Both the position numbers and the translations under genes were made by a program. The notes beneath the pieces were generated by a model. The model made no database searches. It saw nothing but the letters and a program-made list of their open reading frames with translations, and had not been told where the DNA came from. This document shows, in pieces, positions 57,821 to 64,000 of a DNA stretch of 64,000 bases. Source of the stretch: a virus (lineage: Duplodnaviria; Caudoviricetes); the IMG/VR virus record IMGVR_UViG_3300021255_004427, positions 1-64,000 of that record. One strand, written 5' to 3'. Position 1 is the first letter of the stretch. Each line of letters begins with the position of its first letter.

Positions 57821-58636
57821 ATGGCACTCAAATTAAATTATATGGAAGAACAGAAGACCGAGCCGGTTGTTATTAATTATCCAACCCCGGTATATACGCT
57901 GAATAAAAAGAAAGAACTCCAGACTGCATTTGAAATCTCCAAGCTGCTTGATAAATTTTTACAACGATTAAGAGATGCGGCAAAATCCCTCATCAAGAAA
58001 ATACATGTATCCGAGATTGACCGATGGAAGGCAAGAGTTCCAGGGATTGATTGGGACGCAAAGCCAACTCCAATTACATCAGATTTGAATGTTGACAATA
58101 CTCCTCTGCCGCTTTTCAATGAAAAACATTGCACATCAGAATACACAAAAACTTACACAACATTTAGCGGAAAGGATACTATCGTGTCCTTTAATGGTAA
58201 AATTATGGGAGATCTCCAATCTTTTGAATACGAAGTGGATGGCGAAATGAAAGGTGAAGTCAAGCTGACCTGCTCCCAATTCGAAAAACATTGCCTACAG
58301 GCAGATGATACATTAGCCGTTGTAACGATGGTTAACGAGTATGGCAGGGGGGCGTTTCAGGTATTCAGACTGAATAAGTTGAAGAAATACTACACTTGGG
58401 CTTCCATGGATGCTATTCTTTCAAATGAACAGGCAATCTACGACTGCGAGCTCCTGATTCCGCAATCCCCAATACCGGACACTGTAAGACTCATGCCTGA
58501 GGAAACGTTTAATGACATGGTAAAGAAGGTGTACGCCGGGTGCGCCCAAAAGAACTATCTGCCAGATACACAGAAGATTGCCGGGCACATCGCTAACCGC
58601 ATGTACTTTTACTATCTGTATAAAAACTTCTGCTAA
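57821..58636 (+). CDS. divergent tail-tube paralog
   Basis: YTKTYTTFSGKD.IVSF....GDLQS..Y, VNEYG. Confidence 0.65.
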   Translation: MALKLNYMEEQKTEPVVINYPTPVYTLNKKKELQTAFEISKLLDKFLQRLRDAAKSLIKKIHVSEIDRWKARVPGIDWDAKPTPITSDLNVDNTPLPLFNEKHCTSEYTKTYTTFSGKDTIVSFNGKIMGDLQSFEYEVDGEMKGEVKLTCSQFEKHCLQADDTLAVVTMVNEYGRGAFQVFRLNKLKKYYTWASMDAILSNEQAIYDCELLIPQSPIPDTVRLMPEETFNDMVKKVYAGCAQKNYLPDTQKIAGHIANRMYFYYLYKNFC

Positions 58637-59033
58637 TTGACACTCCCCATACGTAAACGCAGGGGATTCTTAATTCAACGACCGTGGCGAGTTGGCCTAA
58701 GCCAATTCGTCTTACACAATCTCCAAAAGCGTAGATTCCCGTGTGTCCCACGGTATTTGTGTATGTGAATGCTTGTTATCTTTACAGCGGTGAGGTCTTT
58801 AAATCACCGCAGGTTGATACACGCAACCTCAACCTGCTAAGAACTGGTTGCCCGTAGGCCTTGGTTTTCGATTCGTCCAGTTTCTATTGTGGCAGGGCTT
58901 CTCCTTTCTTTCGTATTCTTTAGGTTAAATCTATTATACTACAAAAGTTAGCAGTTGTCTGCCTTCAATTGCTTACGCAAATTCGGCAGACCCGCCTTAT
59001 ATCCCAATAGCTAAGCTAGGGGTTTTACGGCGG
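58637..59033 (-). mobile_element. non-autonomous IS200/IS605-family element (no tnpA/tnpB) with an omegaRNA-like right end
   Basis: minus strand: left-end hairpin CCGCCGTAAAACCCCTAGCTTAGCTATTGGGATATAAGGCG; right end TACCGTGGGACACACGGGAAT...AAGAATCCCCTGCGTTTACGTATGGGGAGTGTCAA. Confidence 0.75.
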
Positions 59034-59091
59034 ATTAAAATAATAAAGACACCGAGTTTTATGCTCGGTGTCTTTATTATTTTAATCCGCC
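59029..59091. terminator. 28-bp perfect inverted repeat at the end of rep (bidirectional terminator)
   Basis: GGCGGATTAAAATAATAAAGACACCGAG / CTCGGTGTCTTTATTATTTTAATCCGCC. Confidence 0.7.
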
Positions 59092-60372
59092 AGGTAAATC
59101 GCCATGCTTTTCCTGCCACTCTCTAAGAAAGTCATTATTTTCAGGTGTCTGTATTGTAGAATCATCCACATGGTTGCGAATAGACTCTGATATTTTAAGC
59201 GGCTCAAAGATAAGATCGTAATTAGAAGCCGCATCTATGACGTCATCTCTGTATTGTGGGGCGCGAAGCACAATCCTGGTTGCCAGCGTTTTGAACGGCT
59301 CATCAGATAGATTGCTTTTAAGCATTGTTCTAAGGTATCCGCCTGAATTGATAGAATCTGGCGGGGTTCCTTTTTCTTGAAGTTTGCCTAAATTAATGCA
59401 GGTCTCGAGAATGGCGCGCCAGACTTTAGCCGGCTGTGACTGATATTTTGCTATCGATGTTTTACCAAACCCCAAGGACTCCATCTTCGAAGATAGGTAG
59501 TCCCAAGAAGGAACACCGTATTCATCAAAAATAGCATAAACATGATGAGCTGGCAGCAGGGGTGTCGGCGCCGCATTTAATGCAACGACAAAGATGAATT
59601 CGGTAAGTCGCTGGCCGGGGACATTTGTTGTAATCTCATCCTCGTTCAAAATACGGAACTGAGATTTTGGTGAGGAGTTGATGTCCTCAATGGCTTTTTG
59701 TATGACATTGCGCTTATAGTCATTAGGGCTGGCCAGCTTGAATTTTCCTGTCTTGGGATTAACAGGGGTAGGGACACGCAAACGAAGCTCTTTATAAGAT
59801 ACTGTTATCCTGTACGGATACGGAGATTCGTTAATCTTTTCCTCCGCAACCCTTGCAGAGAGCCATTCATAAAATGGATAGGTGTAAGCGCTGGAGCTTT
59901 GTTCGTGAAATTCATAATCCATTTGAAAAGCAGGGTTACACAACACATTCTCTATATAAAAATCCTGATACTCTTTATTTATTGTAATGCGGACAAGTCC
60001 TTTACTCTGATTTTGTTTAACCGAAGAAAGTATCCAGTACGTAGCTTTTTTAAATCCCTGATTTCTTTCAGTGTTATGTTTGAAATGAACTGTAACATTG
60101 AGGGGGACTTTTGTCAGGTCGTCAAAGACCTTTTCGAAAGATTGGTAAAGAGAGTGCCAGCTTTTCACATTCTTGGCTACAGCCAGTTTGCGGAAATCTA
60201 TATCAAAGGTAATGGGGACGGTTATATCTCCGCCATTTTCTACATAGTCTTGGATGCCTTTACGAATAGCAACAATGAAGTCAGACTCATGTTTTGTTGT
60301 GGCGCGATTCGGGCTGCCTGCTGCAAGTTCTAGGCTAGAGAAAAGTGAAGTCTGTTCAAAATGCTTTTCCAA
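59077..60372 (-). CDS. Rep_3-family plasmid replication initiator
   Basis: S.YT..FYEWL, VSYKELR, YKRNVIQKAIEDIN winged-helix motifs; adjacent iterons; GGAGG favours TTG 60372 (ORF track 60387). Confidence 0.8.
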   Translation of the reverse strand: MEKHFEQTSLFSSLELAAGSPNRATTKHESDFIVAIRKGIQDYVENGGDITVPITFDIDFRKLAVAKNVKSWHSLYQSFEKVFDDLTKVPLNVTVHFKHNTERNQGFKKATYWILSSVKQNQSKGLVRITINKEYQDFYIENVLCNPAFQMDYEFHEQSSSAYTYPFYEWLSARVAEEKINESPYPYRITVSYKELRLRVPTPVNPKTGKFKLASPNDYKRNVIQKAIEDINSSPKSQFRILNEDEITTNVPGQRLTEFIFVVALNAAPTPLLPAHHVYAIFDEYGVPSWDYLSSKMESLGFGKTSIAKYQSQPAKVWRAILETCINLGKLQEKGTPPDSINSGGYLRTMLKSNLSDEPFKTLATRIVLRAPQYRDDVIDAASNYDLIFEPLKISESIRNHVDDSTIQTPENNDFLREWQEKHGDLPGGLK

Positions 60373-60540
60373 AGATAACGCCTCCAATCAATAACTTCAT
60401 TTACAAAAAACATATTAGCACGGGCAAATAATAAAATCAAGAATAATTTTCGGAGGTTTTATAAAGATAATAATAAAAGAAATAAGAAAAACATATAAGG
60501 CATGGTAATTTGCGCTGAACCCGCATAGAATAAGGGGAAA

Positions 60541-60880
60541 CCCCCGAGTTTTTTATAAACCTCCGAGTTATAAATAGACTACCTCCGAGGAAAAAATCAG
60601 CAACCTCCGAGTTTTATATAACGACCTGCGAGTTTTTCATAAACCACCTGCGAGTTTTTCATAAAAATATACACAACCCTGTGGATAACTGTGTTGATAA
60701 CTCACATAGAGTTGTGGATAAGTGTGCCGGATTGCCCATGCGTATAGGGGATGTGGCAATTTTAATGTAAAACTCGGAGGCTGAAGGAAAACGTTATAAA
60801 TAACTCGGAGGCCGGATTATGTTATGTAAAACTCGGAAGTCGTTTTTTGTGTAACGCATTTTATGTAAAACTCGGAAGTT
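60541..60880. repeat. iteron-type replication origin with DnaA boxes
   Basis: about 6 CCT(C/G)CGAG(TTTT) copies, then DnaA boxes TGTGGATAA 60680, TGTTGATAA 60692 and TGTGGATAA 60713, then 4 inverted AACTCGGA(G/A)G copies. Confidence 0.85.
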
Positions 60881-60955
60881 GGTGTTGGATTATCTTGTTA
60901 ACAACAGTAATGTACGAACTAGCAAATAAGAACATATAGTTTTGTGGAGGAAATA

Positions 60956-61405
60956 ATGAGTAAGGAAAAAGATACCAATATTGACGAGCAGGCTGAAATT
61001 GCAGCTCTTGAAGCAGAAGCGCTGAAGGAAGAGCAGCCGTCAGAATCTGAGCAGGTAGCAGATGAATTGCCGGTGATCCCTGGTACAACAGTAACGGCAG
61101 CTGAACTTGATAAATTTAAACAGGAGTACAAAAAAGTGTTCCTGACGGATTATATGGGTAAGCGTTATCTGTGGCATCGTCTCAACCGTAAGAAGTTTGG
61201 CGAAATTTGCGATGCCACAGAAGATATTAAGGATGATGACGAGCTCCTGTCCGCCCGCGAAAAAGAATTCGTAAAAGCATGCGTTCTGTATCCTGGCGCA
61301 GAAGAGGTTGCAGAAGACGTTGAGGACGAGATGATTTCTTCCCGTATCTCCAGAGAAATCCTTTTCAAATCCGGTTTCTATCAGCCGACCACGGTAGAGC
61401 TGTAA
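60956..61405 (+). CDS. putative tail assembly chaperone
   Basis: K..YK.VF...Y.W..L.R..F, CVLYP, I...SGF. Confidence 0.65.
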   Translation: MSKEKDTNIDEQAEIAALEAEALKEEQPSESEQVADELPVIPGTTVTAAELDKFKQEYKKVFLTDYMGKRYLWHRLNRKKFGEICDATEDIKDDDELLSAREKEFVKACVLYPGAEEVAEDVEDEMISSRISREILFKSGFYQPTTVEL

Positions 61406-61421
61406 TCGCGAGGTGATTCCC

Positions 61422-62396
61422 ATGAAGATGAAAACGGGTGGGATGGCAAAACAACAGCCTCACGAGGTAGACCTGAAGGAACTGTACGAACAGTATTTGG
61501 ATAAATACGGTCAGGTCTTCATGCATGATTTTGGCGAGAATGGCGTTTTCATATTCAAAAGTCTTGGACGAAAAGATTTTCGGGAATTACGCGATTCAGA
61601 CGCTATTAATGATTATGCCAAGGAAGAGATTATCTGCGAGCAGTGCGTTCTTTATCCTAAAGGGTTTGACTTTGAGAATTGCGATGAAGCTGGTCTTCCC
61701 ACGCAGCTTGCCAATTTAATTTTAGAAAAATCCCTGTTGAAGAGCAGCGACCAGCTTGCGAAAGCTATTCACTATTTTCGCGACAGATTATGGGATACGA
61801 CAGATGAACAGCTGACGTGTATAATTCACGAGGCGTTTCCGGAATACACAATCGAAGAGATTGCGAACTGGGATGTCATGAAAACCGCGGAATATATGAC
61901 AAAAGCCGAATATATCCTGCATAAGCTTCGCGGCATCCCATTGACAGATACGCAGGGCAATGAAGTAGAGTACGTTCCGCCCAGTGTACGTCAAGAGGTG
62001 CAGCAGCCACCACAGAATAACATGCCTACCCAGACAATGGAAGAACGCTTTGCGAAAGTTGATAATGTGCCTGCACCAAAAATGGATCGCAACGAAGTGC
62101 TTAGACCCAAAAAGCAGCCACAACAACCAGCCCCGGTCCAAAGCGGTAAGGATAAGCAAGCGAGACTTGCACAGCTCAGGCATTTGCAGCAGGTGGCTCC
62201 TATCGACCCGAACACAGGAATGGCTATCGACTGGGCAAATGATTCTGTTATGCAAAAAGGTTTTGATGCTTTGCGCAACCAGAGTTTTGATGATAGGCCG
62301 ATCGCGGAAATCCCAATCGATGATTCGGAAGAAGGCATGAATGCAATTCCTGAAGCACTTAGAAGTAGATTCAAAGTTATCAAGCAAGAGGACTAA
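61422..62396 (+). CDS. putative tail assembly chaperone 2 (paralog with extension)
   Basis: YG.VF...FIFKSL.R, CVLYP, I.EAFP.Y..EEI..W. Confidence 0.6.
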   Translation: MKMKTGGMAKQQPHEVDLKELYEQYLDKYGQVFMHDFGENGVFIFKSLGRKDFRELRDSDAINDYAKEEIICEQCVLYPKGFDFENCDEAGLPTQLANLILEKSLLKSSDQLAKAIHYFRDRLWDTTDEQLTCIIHEAFPEYTIEEIANWDVMKTAEYMTKAEYILHKLRGIPLTDTQGNEVEYVPPSVRQEVQQPPQNNMPTQTMEERFAKVDNVPAPKMDRNEVLRPKKQPQQPAPVQSGKDKQARLAQLRHLQQVAPIDPNTGMAIDWANDSVMQKGFDALRNQSFDDRPIAEIPIDDSEEGMNAIPEALRSRFKVIKQED

Positions 62397-62399
62397 CGA

Positions 62400-64000
62400 A
62401 TGGCTGAAGACAAGCTTTATGAAGAAGCAAATGAAGACCTCAGTGATACACTCATAGATTTTGGCACAGATATAGCCGCCGCAGGTGTAGCGGCGGTTTC
62501 TTTTTATCGTGCTGGCGGAGTGAGAGCACTGTCAAAAAAACTCTCGGATTATAGCCACTCCGGATTAAAAAGAGCTGTTGATGATTTTCGAGCGCTTGAC
62601 TACGATCATATTAATTATCGGACGCTAAAAAAATCATACGAACAGATTCGTAATGGGATGAGAAATTTTAAAGCTCAACCTCATGACAATCGCATTCGCT
62701 GGGAGGCAAGGCCAGGCACGCCCATAGAGCTGATCATGGAAGCTGCAAAGCTTCGAGAGTCATCACCTGTAATACAGGAAAATGCCAGATGGCAAAGAGA
62801 AGTTGTAAGGCGCATACAGAAAACCGCATACAAGAATCTGAGCGCTGCGCTGGGCGCTGCAAAGATAAAAAACAGGGACACGATAAAATTAGCGCAGGCT
62901 CAAATGGCAAAGCTCGTTGCCCATGTGGCCAGCGAAGCAAGAAAAGGACATGTAGATTTTGATACAGCAAGGCTTCAGAAAAACTTTAAGGTAACTGGCG
63001 CGGGCGGAGATTTTTATCAAAAAGTTATTGACACTGCAAAATCGCAGGCTGAAAAATTCTCCCTTAATGCAGCAAAACATAAAGGGAGAACTATTGAAAA
63101 CCAGATAGCCGACAGGCTTGAAGCAGTAGAAACGCTTGAACGGGCAGCCGGAGGCAGATACTCTGGAAATACCCTTCGCGATAAAGCATTTGGCGATGGG
63201 CTGGTAACAATCCGCGACACACTCAGTCATGCAGATAGGTTCAATGACACTGACGGCACCTTATTTATAGGTAGTGACCATTCCGTAAAAGAAAGGTCTT
63301 TTCTAAAGGCGTTACAAGAACTCCATGAAAGAGTAAAAGCTAAAAACGATAAAGAAATGCTTGAACGCTTTGAAAATATCGTTATAGACCCGCATCTACG
63401 TAAAACCACTGATGGGGAAATATATTCTCTTGACCCGCTGTATAAAGCAAGATACAAGGTTCTCAAAAGTCTGGCTTACACTATGCCGGGGAAAATTCTG
63501 AAGCTTGCAGATATGATGATGTCTGAGACTACGCCGGCGTTTTATCAGTTCAAAAAGGGTACGCTTAATCCGGTGCTCGCGGCTTTTGAAGAAGGCAACA
63601 CGACCAAGCGCATCATGAGTGACTACTTCTACATGACCGGAAAAGTATTCCGGTATGATGAAGAAAGCAACAAGTTGCTGGATGAATCCGTAAAAGAATT
63701 AGATGGAGGCACACTCTTTTCCACTAGATTTGCAGGCATGGCAAACCTGTATAAAGACATCAATGGCCTTAATGCTCAGCGCGTAAGACAAGACGGGTCA
63801 ATAAGCAAGATTCTTGATCTTAATGCTGCACCGGGAATGAATCCGTGGGATTATCTGGCTGGATATTTTAGCGGAGAACGGGATAAAAAATATCTACCCA
63901 ACGTCATTAAAGATATCAAGAGTGGGAATCTTTTTTCAACATCTGACGATATTGATGATGTGTATGAAAGATTGTCCAGCTTAAACATCTTTTTAAATAA
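62400..64000 (+). CDS. large protein truncated by the window end, probably tape measure
   Basis: frame from ATG 62400 (MAEDKLYEEANEDL...) appears open to the window end; follows chaperones. Confidence 0.55.
   Translation, partial: MAEDKLYEEANEDLSDTLIDFGTDIAAAGVAAVSFYRAGGVRALSKKLSDYSHSGLKRAVDDFRALDYDHINYRTLKKSYEQIRNGMRNFKAQPHDNRIRWEARPGTPIELIMEAAKLRESSPVIQENARWQREVVRRIQKTAYKNLSAALGAAKIKNRDTIKLAQAQMAKLVAHVASEARKGHVDFDTARLQKNFKVTGAGGDFYQKVIDTAKSQAEKFSLNAAKHKGRTIENQIADRLEAVETLERAAGGRYSGNTLRDKAFGDGLVTIRDTLSHADRFNDTDGTLFIGSDHSVKERSFLKALQELHERVKAKNDKEMLERFENIVIDPHLRKTTDGEIYSLDPLYKARYKVLKSLAYTMPGKILKLADMMMSETTPAFYQFKKGTLNPVLAAFEEGNTTKRIMSDYFYMTGKVFRYDEESNKLLDESVKELDGGTLFSTRFAGMANLYKDINGLNAQRVRQDGSISKILDLNAAPGMNPWDYLAGYFSGERDKKYLPNVIKDIKSGNLFSTSDDIDDVYERLSSLNIFLN

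Noticed and set aside
60541-60880. CRISPR mini-array
   Set aside because: Repeats are about 12 nt, occur in both orientations, flank DnaA boxes and adjoin rep: they are iterons
1-64000. Stop-codon reassignment, tRNA/rRNA genes, reverse transcriptase/DGR
   Set aside because: Genes are long and dense in the standard code; no cloverleaf, rRNA or YxDD-type ORF was recognised by eye

Overview
64 kb of a large contractile-tailed (myovirus-like) phage-plasmid, probably of a Bacillota host (AGGAGG ribosome sites, sigmaA-type promoters). The left third (about 0.5-20.8 kb, mostly minus strand) is an early/accessory arm. It carries a Rha/BRO antirepressor, many small unknown genes, a DUF4258/YgiT-type TA pair, a RecD/Dda-like helicase, and two adjacent genes that together hold the motifs of a YonO/QDE-1-like two-barrel RNA polymerase, split and in permuted order. 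The arm is punctuated by 7 copies of a fixed-spacing element (AAACAAGACAA + covarying C-GNA-G triloop hairpin) that resembles N4 ssDNA-hairpin promoters. Twelve proteins between 0.5 and 25.3 kb end in an ssrA-like Ala-Ala. PhoH and an AEP primase follow, then the virion cluster (terminase, portal, protease, capsid, neck, sheath, 4 tube paralogs, chaperones, start of a probable tape measure). Interleaved in that cluster are parA/parB, an RNA ligase, a non-autonomous IS200/IS605 remnant and a Rep_3 replicon with iterons and DnaA boxes. Two group I introns missed by the ORF track are visible. One (29681-30757) splits the terminase Walker A motif and carries two non-endonuclease genes in P8. The other (51181-51440) splits the tail tube gene. 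All functional calls come from motif reading only; no searches were run.
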